A stretch of DNA of 64,000 nucleotides from a virus, in the IMG/VR virus record IMGVR_UViG_3300035682_000005, one strand, 5' to 3'. Numbering within the stretch: the first letter of the stretch is position 1; the number at the start of each line of letters is the position of its first letter. The notes beneath the pieces are model-generated. The model had not been told where the DNA came from and searched no databases. It saw only the letters and a list, made by a program, of their open reading frames with translations. Below, piece by piece: positions 9,310-19,758 of this stretch. The translations under genes were made by a program, and so were the position numbers.

Positions 9310-10966
9310 AGACACAGCACATGCTATAGCGCCCGATGGCGTTCGCAATCATAAGAACAACCCCAACCTCAAGAGCACAGGGGTTCAGTACCTCTTTACA
9401 AAAGAGCAGATTGAAGAACGTATCAAGTGTATGCAAGATCCACTGTACTTTATTGAACGGTACATGAAGATTGTACACGTAGATAGAGGACTTGTTCCGT
9501 TTGATCTATATGACTTTCAGAAAACACTTCTCAAATCATTCATAGACAATCGCTTTACAATAGCTAAACTTCCACGTCAGGTCGGTAAGTCTACAGTAAC
9601 AATTTCATACATTCTGTGGACTGTTCTCTTTGGTCCAATGCAGAACATTGCTATTCTTGCGAACAAAGCAAGCACAGCTAGAGACATCTTAGCTAAACTA
9701 CAGTTAGCGTATGAGCACATACCTCTATGGATGCAGCAAGGTATCGTCTCGTGGAACAAAGGTAGCATTGAACTTGAAAACGGTAGTAAAGTTATCGCAA
9801 ACGCTACAGCATCTAGCGCAGCACGAGGTAGCACATACAACATCATCTTTCTCGACGAGTTTGCGTTTGTTCCAAAGAACATAGCAGAAGATTTCATCAC
9901 TTCAGTATACCCTACAGTATCTTCAGGTAAGACGACGAAAGTTATCATGGTATCGACCCCCAATGGAATGAACTTGTTCTACAAGTACTGGACGGATGCT
10001 GTCAATGGGCGAAATTTATACAAACCTATCGAAGCCCACTGGAGTGTAGTGCCTGGTCGCGACCAAGAGTGGGCTGACGACCAGATCAAACAGTTGGGTC
10101 AAGACAAGTTCGATCAAGAATTTGGATGTTCATTCATCGGCTCTGCTGGAACCCTCATCTCTTCAGCGAAACTATCAGCACTGTCATGGGTACCTCCCGT
10201 TGATAGAATTGGAGACTTACACATATACGAAGCGGCAAAACAACAGCATGTATATGTTATGGCAGTGGACACAGCGGAAGGACAGGGATTAGACCACTCA
10301 GCGTTTATTGTGGTAGACTGTACAAGTTTACCATACAAAGTTGTAGCAAAATACTACAATAGCAAGATAACGCCTATGTTGTATCCAAACGTGATATACA
10401 ACGTAGCAGCACAATATAACAATGCTCATGTACTTGTTGAGACAAACAGCATTGGTGGTCAAGTTGTCGAAGTGCTACACAGCGAGCTTGAGTATGAAAA
10501 CATATTCTCGACTACTAATATGGGTCGAGGGGGTCAAAAGTTGAGTGCAGGTTTTAAGAAGAACGCAAAACTTGGAATTAAGACAACTTCTCAGATTAAA
10601 ACAATTGGCTGTGCAAATATGAAAGCTATGTTGGAAGCTGATAAGATTCTAGTACAAGACTTTGATATGATATCTGAGCTAACGTCGTTTGTTGCGTCAG
10701 GTGGCACGTTCTGTGCTGAACCTGGGTGTCATGATGACTTGACAATGTGTCTCGTTCTATTTTCATGGCTTTCTGCACAATCTCTCTTTAAAGAAATGAC
10801 AGACACAGATGCTCGAAAACGAATGTTTGATGAGAATATCCAAAATCTTGAAGAGCAGATACTACCTTTTGGATTCATTAATGACGGTGATAACGGCACA
10901 GGCTTCTTGGATGACGATGGCACTTTATGGCACACTGTTACAGACGATACCCACGATGAATTTTAG
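9293..10966 (+). CDS. gp17: Terminase large subunit gp17
   Basis: Walker A PRQVGKST, Walker B IFLDEFAF, STPNG, nuclease HDDLTM. Confidence 0.97.
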   Translation: MTTTSEDTAHAIAPDGVRNHKNNPNLKSTGVQYLFTKEQIEERIKCMQDPLYFIERYMKIVHVDRGLVPFDLYDFQKTLLKSFIDNRFTIAKLPRQVGKSTVTISYILWTVLFGPMQNIAILANKASTARDILAKLQLAYEHIPLWMQQGIVSWNKGSIELENGSKVIANATASSAARGSTYNIIFLDEFAFVPKNIAEDFITSVYPTVSSGKTTKVIMVSTPNGMNLFYKYWTDAVNGRNLYKPIEAHWSVVPGRDQEWADDQIKQLGQDKFDQEFGCSFIGSAGTLISSAKLSALSWVPPVDRIGDLHIYEAAKQQHVYVMAVDTAEGQGLDHSAFIVVDCTSLPYKVVAKYYNSKITPMLYPNVIYNVAAQYNNAHVLVETNSIGGQVVEVLHSELEYENIFSTTNMGRGGQKLSAGFKKNAKLGIKTTSQIKTIGCANMKAMLEADKILVQDFDMISELTSFVASGGTFCAEPGCHDDLTMCLVLFSWLSAQSLFKEMTDTDARKRMFDENIQNLEEQILPFGFINDGDNGTGFLDDDGTLWHTVTDDTHDEF

Positions 10967-10994
10967 TACAGTGTGATATATAGCGTTACGTTTT

Positions 10995-11002
10995 TATAAA
11001 TA
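10995..11002 (+). promoter_or_regulatory. T4-type late promoter TATAAATA upstream of gp18
   Basis: Exact consensus in an intergenic gap; gp55 is present in the window. Confidence 0.8.
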
Positions 11003-11094
11003 ATTGATGCAATACGCTTGACTATATCACACATATCAAAAGTGTTGGTATCATTAGTGATATAACATCGATTTAAGACACAAGGAGACACAAG

Positions 11095-12993
11095 ATGGCA
11101 TTTCAAGTATCACCTGGAGTATTAGTTACTGAGAAAGATCTCACAACTGTAATTCCAGCAGTATCAGTATCCATCGGTGCGTTTGCGGGGTTCTTCAAAT
11201 GGGGACCTCTCAATGACATCGCACTCGTAAGCACTGAAGATCAATTAGCTAAGAGATTTGGTAAGCCAGATGACGCTACTGCAACATCTTTCTTTACAGC
11301 CGCAAACTTTTTAGCATACGGAATTAGACTTAAAATAGTTCGTGTAGCTGATGCAGCTGCAACAAATGCTGACTCTGATGGAGAAGGTATTCGCATCGAA
11401 AACGATGACGACTATACGTCAAAAGCTGGCACAATCGCAGCTAAGTTTGTTGCTCGTCACCCAGGAACTCTTGGCAACTCTCTTCGTGTATCTGTTTGTA
11501 CAAGCGCGGAATCATTCAAGCGTACTATTTCAAGCACTTTTACAGGCACTCGCGGAAGCAAGACAATCACAGTGTCTGGTGATTTGACTGAAGAGATTTC
11601 TGTTGGAAGTATTCTTCGCGACAAAGCAACTGGTCAGCAACGTTCGGTTGTAGCAATCAGCGCAGGTGTGAGCACAACATCGATCACTGTTGATCGTGCT
11701 CTTGACAAAAACATTAGTGGCAGTCTTGAAGTTAAATGGGAATTTGCAGACTTGTGTGGCTCTGCTCCTGGAACTTCAACCCATGCAACAAACGTTGGTG
11801 GTTCTAATGATGAGATGCACGTTGTTGTAGTAGATACAGCTGGTGCGTTCTCTGGGTCTCCTGGAACAGTTCTTGAAAAGCACGTTGCTGTTTCTAAAGC
11901 ATCTGATGCTAAGAGAGAAGATGCTTCGACAAACTATTATGTTACAGTAATTAACAATGCATCTGAGTTCATTCGCGTTGGTGACCATGTTGCAGAAGCA
12001 AGCGACACTTGGGGAACTTCAGCTGTTGGAACTGACTTCGTTGAAATTGAAGCAGACCTTCAAGTACACAACTTGCCACTTTCTGGTGGTGTTGACGGCG
12101 AAGTAAGTGCTGGAAGTGATGAGCGTGTTGCTGGATACGACTTGTTTAAAAATGCTGATGCGGTTGACTTATCGTTCGTTATTCTTGGTGAAGCAACACC
12201 AGCTCTTGCACAGTATGTCATCAACAACATCTGTGAGACTCGTAAAGATTGCGTTGCGTTTATTTCGCCAGAGCAAGATGACGTTGTTGCCAATCGCAAC
12301 GGTGAAGTTGAAGCTGTTAAAGCATTCAGAGATGCTGTAAACGTGTCAAGCTCGTATGCAGTTCTCGACAGTGGATGGAAGTATCAATACGACAAGTACA
12401 ACGACACATTCCGTTGGGTTCCACTCAATGGAGATATTGCTGGACTCTGTGCTCGTACTGATGATATCGCAGATCCTTGGTATTCACCAGCTGGATACAA
12501 TCGTGGTGGCATCAAGAACGTTATTAAACTTGCTTGGAGCCCAACTAAGTTTGAGCGCGATGAGTTATACATCAACAGCATCAATCCAGTTATCACAACT
12601 CCAGGTCAAGGAACTGTTCTCTTTGGGGACAAGACACTGCTTGGACGTCCATCTGCATTTGATCGTTTGAATGTTCGTCGTTTGTTCATCGTTCTTGAAA
12701 AAGCAATTGCTTCGGCAGCTCGCTTTACTCTCTTCGAGTTCAATGATGAGTTCACTCGTGAGCAATTCAGAAATCTTGTTGAGCCATATCTTAGAACAGT
12801 TAAAGCTCGCCGTGGTATCTACGAATTCAAAGTTGTGTGCGATGCATCAAACAACCCAGCTGAGGTTATTGACCGCAACGATTTTGTTGGAGACATTTAC
12901 ATCAAGCCAGCTAGATCCATTAACACAATTCAGTTGAATTTCGTTGCAGTACGCAGTGGAGTTGAGTTCTCTGAAATTGTTGGAAAGGTATAA
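11095..12993 (+). CDS. gp18: Tail sheath protein gp18
   Basis: MAFQVSPGV..EKDLT, SPAGYNRG, FDRLNVRRLF, IKPARSIN. Confidence 0.97.
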   Translation: MAFQVSPGVLVTEKDLTTVIPAVSVSIGAFAGFFKWGPLNDIALVSTEDQLAKRFGKPDDATATSFFTAANFLAYGIRLKIVRVADAAATNADSDGEGIRIENDDDYTSKAGTIAAKFVARHPGTLGNSLRVSVCTSAESFKRTISSTFTGTRGSKTITVSGDLTEEISVGSILRDKATGQQRSVVAISAGVSTTSITVDRALDKNISGSLEVKWEFADLCGSAPGTSTHATNVGGSNDEMHVVVVDTAGAFSGSPGTVLEKHVAVSKASDAKREDASTNYYVTVINNASEFIRVGDHVAEASDTWGTSAVGTDFVEIEADLQVHNLPLSGGVDGEVSAGSDERVAGYDLFKNADAVDLSFVILGEATPALAQYVINNICETRKDCVAFISPEQDDVVANRNGEVEAVKAFRDAVNVSSSYAVLDSGWKYQYDKYNDTFRWVPLNGDIAGLCARTDDIADPWYSPAGYNRGGIKNVIKLAWSPTKFERDELYINSINPVITTPGQGTVLFGDKTLLGRPSAFDRLNVRRLFIVLEKAIASAARFTLFEFNDEFTREQFRNLVEPYLRTVKARRGIYEFKVVCDASNNPAEVIDRNDFVGDIYIKPARSINTIQLNFVAVRSGVEFSEIVGKV

Positions 12994-12996
12994 ATA
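12989..12996 (+). promoter_or_regulatory. T4-type late promoter TATAAATA upstream of gp19
   Basis: Exact consensus overlapping the gp18 stop codon. Confidence 0.75.
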
Positions 12997-13026
12997 AATT
13001 TTAGCGTATTGTAAGGAGTAGCTACT

Positions 13027-13656
13027 ATGGCATTCAACATTAACAGATTTAAATCTGAACTTACAGGTGGCGGGGCTCGCCCGTCACTCTTTGAGGTTAC
13101 TTTGAATTTCCCACTAACATTAGGTCTTGCGGCCGGAACCCAGGGTTCTGGTGTGGGAACAACTGATGGACTTGGTGGAGAGTCTCGTAAGTTGACTTTC
13201 ATGTGTAAAGCAAGCTCGATTCCTGCAAGCACTATTGCACCAATCGAAGTGCCATACTTCGGACGTAAGGTGAAGTTTGCTGGAAACAGAACATTTGCTG
13301 AGTGGACAATTACTATCATCAACGATGAAGACTTTTTGATTCGTAAGGGATTTGAAGCATGGCTCGCTGGAATCAACGGTCATGAGACAAACACCAAACT
13401 TTTTACGGATGGCGCATCTGGTTCTCTTGGACTTAACGCTGCTGGATACCAACAAACTGGTACAGTTAAGCAGTTTGGTAAGAAGGGCAACGTACTTCGT
13501 TCATATCAATTTATTAACGTGTTTCCATCTGAAGTTTCTCCTATCGAACTTAACTGGTCATCGGAAAACGAGATTGAAGAATACACCATAACTCTTCAAT
13601 ATGACTACTGGGTTGCTGATCCAGTTGTTAATGTTGGAGACTTGATTGACATCTAA
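13027..13656 (+). CDS. gp19: Tail tube protein gp19
   Basis: GGARPSLFEV, GRKVKFAGNRTFAEWTITIINDEDF. Confidence 0.95.
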   Translation: MAFNINRFKSELTGGGARPSLFEVTLNFPLTLGLAAGTQGSGVGTTDGLGGESRKLTFMCKASSIPASTIAPIEVPYFGRKVKFAGNRTFAEWTITIINDEDFLIRKGFEAWLAGINGHETNTKLFTDGASGSLGLNAAGYQQTGTVKQFGKKGNVLRSYQFINVFPSEVSPIELNWSSENEIEEYTITLQYDYWVADPVVNVGDLIDI

Positions 13657-13697
13657 TAAAGTTTTCACTTTTTTAAGATGACTAAATATTAGTAACT

Positions 13698-13721
13698 CGC
13701 CTTCTTTAGAGAAGGCGTTTT
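13698..13721 (+). terminator. Terminator-like hairpin between gp19 and gp20
   Basis: cgccttct-ttag-agaaggcg followed by TTTT. Confidence 0.65.
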
Positions 13722-13739
13722 ACTTTATGGGACTTGAAT

Positions 13740-15353
13740 ATGGCATTTGAACTGTTTGGTTGGCAACTAAAGAAATCAAAAGAAGAAGCACAGCAAAAGA
13801 AAGCTGAATCATTTGTACTCCCAGAAAACCAAGATGGTGCAGTCAACGTTGAAGGTGTTGCTGGCGCATACGGCGGGTACATCGACTTCGATGCTACAGT
13901 AAAGAACGAGTTTGAACTTGTAACTCGATATAGAGAGCTTTCATTACTTCCAGATGTAGACTTTGCAATCGATGATATTGTAAACGAGATGATCGTTCTT
14001 GATGGCTCTAGCGAGGCAGTCAAAATTAATCTTGAAAAAGTCAAAGTTTCAAAATCAGTCAAAACAAAAATTCAAGAAGAGTTTAGAAACGTTCTTACAC
14101 TTCTCGACTGGAACAATCAAGCATATGAAATTGTCAAAAAGTGGTACATTGATGGTCGTTTATACTATCATGTGATACTTGATGAAAACAATACCACAAA
14201 TGGTATTGCAGAACTTCGCTACATTGATCCACGTCAAATTAGAAAAGTTCGTGAGATTGATCGTAAAGTAGACAACGACACAGGCATCGAGTTAGTGAAC
14301 GTTAAAGACGAGTATTTTACATACAATGCTCGCGGCATGCAATTCATGTCAAACACTCCAAACTCATATAGTCCAACTGCAACGATTGCAGGAATCAAAA
14401 TTCATTCAGACTCCATTTGCTACACACACTCTGGTATTGTAGACAAGTATTCAGCATCTATTCTTTCACATCTTCACAAAGGAATTAAGCCAATTAATCA
14501 GCTCAAGATGATGGAAGATGCTCTCGTCATCTATCGTATTGCTCGTGCACCTGAGAGAAGAATTTTCTACGTTGACGTTGGTAACTTGCCAAAGACAAAA
14601 GCTGACGAATACCTTCGTAGTGTAATGAATCGTTATCGCAATAAGCTCCAGTACAACATTGAGACTGGTGAAATGAAAGATGATAAACGATTCTTATCAA
14701 TGCTTGAAGACTACTGGCTTCCTCGTCGTGAAGGTTCTCAGGGAACTTCTATTGAGACTCTTCCTGGTGGAGAGAATCTTGGTGAGATGCAAGACGTAGA
14801 ATATTTTCAGAAGAAAGTGTATAGGGCACTCAATGTACCACTTTCAAGACTTGATTCTGGTGCAGGGTTTCAACTTGGTAAAGCAGCCGAGATCAACCGG
14901 GATGAAGTAAAGTTTGCTAAATTCATTCATCGTATTCGTATTCGTTTTAGTCACTTGTTTGATGAGTTGTTACAGAAACAACTTGTGCTCAAGAAAGTCA
15001 TCAACAGAGATGAGTGGTCTTCAATTCGTGAAGGTATCAAGTTTGATTTTAATACTGATAACCACTTTGCAGAGTTGAAAGAAGCAGAGATCTTCAAGAG
15101 TAGACTTGAGATACTTCAACAGGTCGATTCATTTGCTGGAAAATACTTCTCACAAGAATGGATTCGTCAAAACGTACTTCATCAGAATGAAGAAGACCGT
15201 CGTGAGATTGATGCTCAGATCCAAAAAGAGCAACAAGCAGTGCCTGGCGCCACACAATTTGATGCTGAAAGTGATGTAACAACATCAGACACGGACATTG
15301 ATAATGTGTTAGAGATATACGACCCACTCGCTGATTTGGAACTAGACAATTAA
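13740..15353 (+). CDS. gp20: Portal protein gp20
   Basis: YRIARAPERRIFYVDVGNLPK, EDYWLPRREG, ETLPGG. Confidence 0.97.
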   Translation: MAFELFGWQLKKSKEEAQQKKAESFVLPENQDGAVNVEGVAGAYGGYIDFDATVKNEFELVTRYRELSLLPDVDFAIDDIVNEMIVLDGSSEAVKINLEKVKVSKSVKTKIQEEFRNVLTLLDWNNQAYEIVKKWYIDGRLYYHVILDENNTTNGIAELRYIDPRQIRKVREIDRKVDNDTGIELVNVKDEYFTYNARGMQFMSNTPNSYSPTATIAGIKIHSDSICYTHSGIVDKYSASILSHLHKGIKPINQLKMMEDALVIYRIARAPERRIFYVDVGNLPKTKADEYLRSVMNRYRNKLQYNIETGEMKDDKRFLSMLEDYWLPRREGSQGTSIETLPGGENLGEMQDVEYFQKKVYRALNVPLSRLDSGAGFQLGKAAEINRDEVKFAKFIHRIRIRFSHLFDELLQKQLVLKKVINRDEWSSIREGIKFDFNTDNHFAELKEAEIFKSRLEILQQVDSFAGKYFSQEWIRQNVLHQNEEDRREIDAQIQKEQQAVPGATQFDAESDVTTSDTDIDNVLEIYDPLADLELDN

Positions 15354-15382
15354 AACACTAAATATGACTACAGGAGAATACT

Positions 15383-15562
15383 ATGGCAGCTAATAATGAA
15401 AAATCGTTCATCAGAAAGGCACTTGAGTCAATTTCTAATGGAAACGCTACGGATCTTAAAAAGAACATTAAGGAAGCACTTATTTCTAAAGTTCGCAGAG
15501 CACTACATGAGCGCGAAAAAGAGCTTGCCAAAAGTTTGATTAACAAGACAACAAAGAAGTAA
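15383..15562 (+). CDS. Small prohead core protein (gp67/68-like, 59 aa; missing from the ORF track)
   Basis: RBS AGGAG, late-type ACTAAATA at 15357, translation MAANNEKSFIRKALE...; lies between gp20 and gp21. Confidence 0.65.
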   Translation: MAANNEKSFIRKALESISNGNATDLKKNIKEALISKVRRALHEREKELAKSLINKTTKK

Positions 15563-15566
15563 GCAC

Positions 15567-16226
15567 ATGAAACTCATTTGCGAAGTTACAGAAGAGATTA
15601 AAGTAATTAAAGAGGGTGCAGAAAATGCCCCTAAGAATTATTTTATTGAAGGCGTATTCATGCAGGCGGAAATACAAAACCGCAATGGTCGCATGTATCC
15701 TGAAGAAATGTTAAAGAGAGAAATTGAAAGATATAATACTGAGTACGTTCAAAAGAAACGTGCGTTTGGTGAGTTGGGTCATCCAGAAGGACCAACCATC
15801 AACCTTGATCGTGTGTCGCACATGATTACTGATCTTCGCCATGAGGGTGCTGATTTTATTGGCAAGGCTAAGATTCTTAATACACCAAATGGAAACATTG
15901 TTAAAGCACTTATTGATGAAGGGGCACGACTTGGCGTTTCTTCTCGCGGAATGGGCTCAATTAAAACTGAAGGGCGTGATGTGCAGATTGTACAAGATGA
16001 TTTTTATCTTGCAACAGCAGCCGATATTGTGGCAGACCCTAGTGCGCCTGATGCGTTTGTTAATGGGATAATGGAAGGTAAAGAATGGGTATGGCAAAAT
16101 GGCATACTCTGTGAGCGCGATATTAATGATCTCAAGAGACGCATTCAAAAAGCGCCGGCAAAAAAGATCAAAGAAGTAAGTGTGCAAGCATTTGAGAGTT
16201 TTATTAGGAAACTCGAAAAAAAGTAG
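15567..16226 (+). CDS. gp21: Prohead protease gp21
   Basis: NRNGRMY, GELGHP, GVSSRGMGS, DIVADPSAPDAFV. Confidence 0.96.
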   Translation: MKLICEVTEEIKVIKEGAENAPKNYFIEGVFMQAEIQNRNGRMYPEEMLKREIERYNTEYVQKKRAFGELGHPEGPTINLDRVSHMITDLRHEGADFIGKAKILNTPNGNIVKALIDEGARLGVSSRGMGSIKTEGRDVQIVQDDFYLATAADIVADPSAPDAFVNGIMEGKEWVWQNGILCERDINDLKRRIQKAPAKKIKEVSVQAFESFIRKLEKK

Positions 16227-16256
16227 GCATACATACTTTGTGATGGTGATTTGAGT

Positions 16257-16667
16257 ATGGCAAATTTCTTATACGATAGTGCACGAGAAAAATTTTTGAG
16301 TGGAGAGTTGTCGTGGATCAACGATGACATTCGTGTTGCTGTACTTGTTGATAGCATTTACACAGGCAATGATTACTCTCGTGAAAACCACATAACACTT
16401 TCAGATCTACCTGTCAGTGCAATTTACAAGACATCTACTCCACTTACTAACAAAGAAGCCTCAAAAGGTGTTGCAAACGCTGCACCGGTCGTGTTTAGGG
16501 GTGTGCCAGCAGGGGTGTCGATCACTTCTGTTGTTATTTACAAACAAGGCAGTTCTGCCGTTAGCTCAATATTAATTGCACACATTGATGCTCAACTTCA
16601 GACAACTGGATTAGACGATGTATCAATTCAGTGGAAAACAACAGACAACAAAATATTCAAGTTATAG
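16257..16667 (+). CDS. Putative virion structural protein
   Basis: MANFLYDSAREKFLSGELSW..IRVAVL...W..KIFKL resembles small phage tail-associated proteins. Confidence 0.45.
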   Translation: MANFLYDSAREKFLSGELSWINDDIRVAVLVDSIYTGNDYSRENHITLSDLPVSAIYKTSTPLTNKEASKGVANAAPVVFRGVPAGVSITSVVIYKQGSSAVSSILIAHIDAQLQTTGLDDVSIQWKTTDNKIFKL

Positions 16668-16670
16668 TAT

Positions 16671-17051
16671 ATGGCAGGCTTAGGAATTTCATACTACATT
16701 ACACACATCAAGCAGCCTGCGGAGAGACTTCCAATTGACGTTAGTTTTGGAAAACTTCACGTTCTTCCAAGAGGAGCAAAAGAGATCATTTCGGCTGAAG
16801 TATCAGCAAAAAGATGGCCGCGGCGATCTCCAGATGACGTTGAGATTGCAAACAGCTTTGTTGCTAGTAGTAATCCACACGACGGTGGTCCAATTCCATC
16901 TATAACCATATTGAATCCAAATAAGACATCAGTTCGATTTGTGGTTGAAGGTGGTGAAAGTGGATACGACTATGAAGTAACTGTTTTGGTTACGTTTGAC
17001 AATGGTGCAAAATTGGAAGAAGAAGTGTTCGTAAGAGTGAGAGAAGAATAG
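16671..17051 (+). CDS. Putative virion/fibre-adaptor-like protein
   Basis: KQPAERLPIDVSF...GGESGYDYEVTV..T..G..LE pattern. Confidence 0.45.
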   Translation: MAGLGISYYITHIKQPAERLPIDVSFGKLHVLPRGAKEIISAEVSAKRWPRRSPDDVEIANSFVASSNPHDGGPIPSITILNPNKTSVRFVVEGGESGYDYEVTVLVTFDNGAKLEEEVFVRVREE

Positions 17052-17054
17052 TTT

Positions 17055-17062
17055 TATAAATA
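17055..17062 (+). promoter_or_regulatory. T4-type late promoter TATAAATA upstream of gp22
   Basis: Exact consensus, intergenic. Confidence 0.8.
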
Positions 17063-17103
17063 AAAATGCCGTATTGCGGAATTTACAATCAGGAGTAATT
17101 ACA

Positions 17104-18231
17104 ATGGCTATTACATCAAAGTTTTTAAGAGACATTCGTGAAAGTGCTGAAGCAGATTTGCCTACTCATGCTCCCGATGCGTCATCTAGCGTTGGAGCTG
17201 TAAAGTCTGAAGAGACTGAGACAGACGACGAAAAGAAGATTGATGAGGAAGAGGAAGACGAGGACGAAAAACAAGCTGTGTCCGAAGAGTCTGACGAAGA
17301 AGAAAAAGCTGTCGCTGAAGAAGCTGACGAAGACGAACTCTCTGAAGAAGAAGAAGAAGAAGAAGAAGAAGAGGACAATAAGAAGCATGCGGCTGAGTCT
17401 TACGATGATGCTGAAGAAGTAAAAGAAGAAGATGCATCTGTTTCTAAAGATGATGAAGAAAAACTCTCTGAAGAAGAAGATGAAGAAGTAAAAGAAGCTG
17501 CTGATGCACTCACTAAGGATGAAGAACTTCCAGAGTCATTCAAAGCTAAAGTATCATCTATCTTTGAAGCTGCTGTTAAGCGCACCGCCAAGAAGCGTGT
17601 TACTGCACATAAAAAGAAGCTCGTTGAGAGCTACAACAACAAACTTGCAACTAGCAAGAAAAAGATTTCAGAAACTCTTGTCAACAAGGTCGATGGATAC
17701 CTTGACTATGTTGTAGAAGAGTGGATGAAAGATAATAGAGTGGCTGTTGAAGGTGCACTTCGTTCTACAATAACTGAAAAGTTTATTGTTGGATTGAAGG
17801 ATCTTTTTGAGAGTCATTATATTGAAGTTCCAGCTGAGAAAGTAAATGTACTTTCTGAGCAAGAGAATAAGATTAAGAAACTTGAGAAGGAGCTCAACGA
17901 TGAACTCGTTAAGAGTGTTGAACTTCGTAAGGAGAACATTCGTCTCAAGAAATCGTCTATTATCAAGAAGCTCACTGAAGGAATGACTGTAACTGAATCT
18001 GCAAAGTTTGTGGAACTCTGTGAAGGAGTATCTTACGAAAATGCAAATACATTTGGTCATAAGCTCAAGGCGATTAAGGAAACTTACTTTCCAAAAACCC
18101 CTAAAAGCTCCGGTGACATTGACGCTTCTTTATTGACTGAAGGCGGTTTGACGCACGAAGATGACAAGCCAAAGACTATAACTGCGGCTGACATCTACGC
18201 TCAAACCATTTCGCGAATGGTGAAGAAATAG
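17104..18231 (+). CDS. gp22: Prohead core scaffold gp22
   Basis: Long acidic N-terminus; IFEAAV, VDGYLDYVVEEWM, GLKDLFESHYIEVP; RBS AGGAG before ATG 17104. Confidence 0.92.
   Translation: MAITSKFLRDIRESAEADLPTHAPDASSSVGAVKSEETETDDEKKIDEEEEDEDEKQAVSEESDEEEKAVAEEADEDELSEEEEEEEEEEDNKKHAAESYDDAEEVKEEDASVSKDDEEKLSEEEDEEVKEAADALTKDEELPESFKAKVSSIFEAAVKRTAKKRVTAHKKKLVESYNNKLATSKKKISETLVNKVDGYLDYVVEEWMKDNRVAVEGALRSTITEKFIVGLKDLFESHYIEVPAEKVNVLSEQENKIKKLEKELNDELVKSVELRKENIRLKKSSIIKKLTEGMTVTESAKFVELCEGVSYENANTFGHKLKAIKETYFPKTPKSSGDIDASLLTEGGLTHEDDKPKTITAADIYAQTISRMVKK
17344..17370 (+). repeat. (GAA)9 microsatellite encoding poly-Glu
   Basis: Read directly from the sequence. Confidence 0.9.
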
Positions 18232-18276
18232 GAATGATAAATAGTTTTAGGGATTATATTAAAAGGAGACATTTAA

Positions 18277-19581
18277 ATGTATCTCACTGAACAACTTCAA
18301 AAGAAATGGGAAAAGGTGCTCAATCACCCTGATTTGCCAGAGGTGCAGGATGCACACAAGAGAGCGGTAATAACTGTTCTTCTTGAGAATCAGGAGAATG
18401 AGGCTCGCAAGGAGCGAGGAATCATTACTGAGGCTAGCCCAACTAATCACGGTGGACTTTCCACACAAACAACTGACGCAAACGGAACTGGCAATGCTAA
18501 TGTACAGGCTTATGATCCTGTCCTTATTTCGCTCGTTCGTCGTGCTCTTCCTAACCTCATGGCATTTGATGTCTGTGGTGTACAGCCAATGAAAGCTCCA
18601 ACTGGACTCATCTTTGCTATGCGTAGCAAGTATGATACTCAGAGTGGTGACGAGGCTCTTTACAAGGAAGCTAAGACATCGCACTCTGGAACTGGTTCGC
18701 ATGATGCAACCGATCCTTTTGCAGCACCTGGTCGTGGTCTTGCCTCGACAGCTGGTGAAGCACTTGGAACTTCTGGTTCACCTGTGTTCAAGGAAATGGC
18801 ATTCTCTATCGATAAGATTTCGGTAGAAGCTAAGACTCGTGCACTCAAAGCTGAGTACACAATGGAACTTGCACAAGACCTTCGTGCAGTACATGGTCTT
18901 GATGCTGAGACTGAGCTTGCTAACATCCTCTCTGCTGAAATTCTTGCAGAGATCAATCGTGAAGTAATTCGCACTGTTTACAACGTTGCTAAGGAAGGTG
19001 CTCAACACCCTGGACTTGCTAACGCTGGAGAGTTCGACCTTGACGTTGATGCAAACGGACGTTGGTCTGTTGAGAAGTATAAGGGCTTGATGGTTCAAAT
19101 CGAGCGCGAAGCTAACACAATCGCTAAGGAAACTCGTCGTGGACGTGGAAATATCCTCATCTGTGACGCTGACACTGCAAGCGCATTGTCTGTTGCTGGA
19201 CTTCTTGATTGCGGATCTGCTCTCAAGGATTCTCTCTCAGTTGATGATACTGGAAACACTTTCGTTGGAGTTCTCAACGGACGTTTCAAAGTATACATCG
19301 ACCCATTTGCTCCTCTTGGCACTAACTTCTTAGTTGCTGGATTCAAGGGCGCAAATCAATATGACGCTGGATTGTTCTACTGCCCATACGTACCACTTCA
19401 AATGGTTCGTGCAGTTGACACTGGTTCATTCCAACCAAAGATTGGATTCAAGACCCGTTACGGGCTTGTAGCTAATCCATTCGCTGCTGCAACAGCGGGT
19501 GACAGTGCTGCTCTTTCTGGAGCACTCACTGCTGGAACTAATGCTTACTACCGCAAGGTTAGCATTAAGAATCTTCTCTAA
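18277..19581 (+). CDS. gp23: Major capsid protein gp23
   Basis: DPVLISLVRR, GVQPM..PTGLIFAMR, ELAQDLRAVHGLDAE, FQPKIGFKTRYG. Confidence 0.98.
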   Translation: MYLTEQLQKKWEKVLNHPDLPEVQDAHKRAVITVLLENQENEARKERGIITEASPTNHGGLSTQTTDANGTGNANVQAYDPVLISLVRRALPNLMAFDVCGVQPMKAPTGLIFAMRSKYDTQSGDEALYKEAKTSHSGTGSHDATDPFAAPGRGLASTAGEALGTSGSPVFKEMAFSIDKISVEAKTRALKAEYTMELAQDLRAVHGLDAETELANILSAEILAEINREVIRTVYNVAKEGAQHPGLANAGEFDLDVDANGRWSVEKYKGLMVQIEREANTIAKETRRGRGNILICDADTASALSVAGLLDCGSALKDSLSVDDTGNTFVGVLNGRFKVYIDPFAPLGTNFLVAGFKGANQYDAGLFYCPYVPLQMVRAVDTGSFQPKIGFKTRYGLVANPFAAATAGDSAALSGALTAGTNAYYRKVSIKNLL

Positions 19582-19610
19582 TCTCGATTAGAGTAATATA
19601 ATCCATAACG

Positions 19611-19642
19611 AGGGGAGTTGGAATAACCAACTCCCCTTTTTT
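19611..19642 (+). terminator. Rho-independent terminator after gp23
   Basis: aggggagttgg-loop-ccaactcccct followed by a T-run. Confidence 0.9.
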
Positions 19643-19758
19643 ATTGCTTTTTATTCTCCATATTCAGTCCAATTTGGATGTGGCGAGATTTTTTCTTGCT
19701 ATTAACTGTTGAACGCTTTATCATAAATACTAATGAATCATTCAAACAGTTTCCACAT

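Noticed and set aside
17166-17591. Poly-Ser, poly-Phe and poly-Lys ORFs
   Set aside because: They are alternate-frame readings of the GAA-rich acidic gp22 region.
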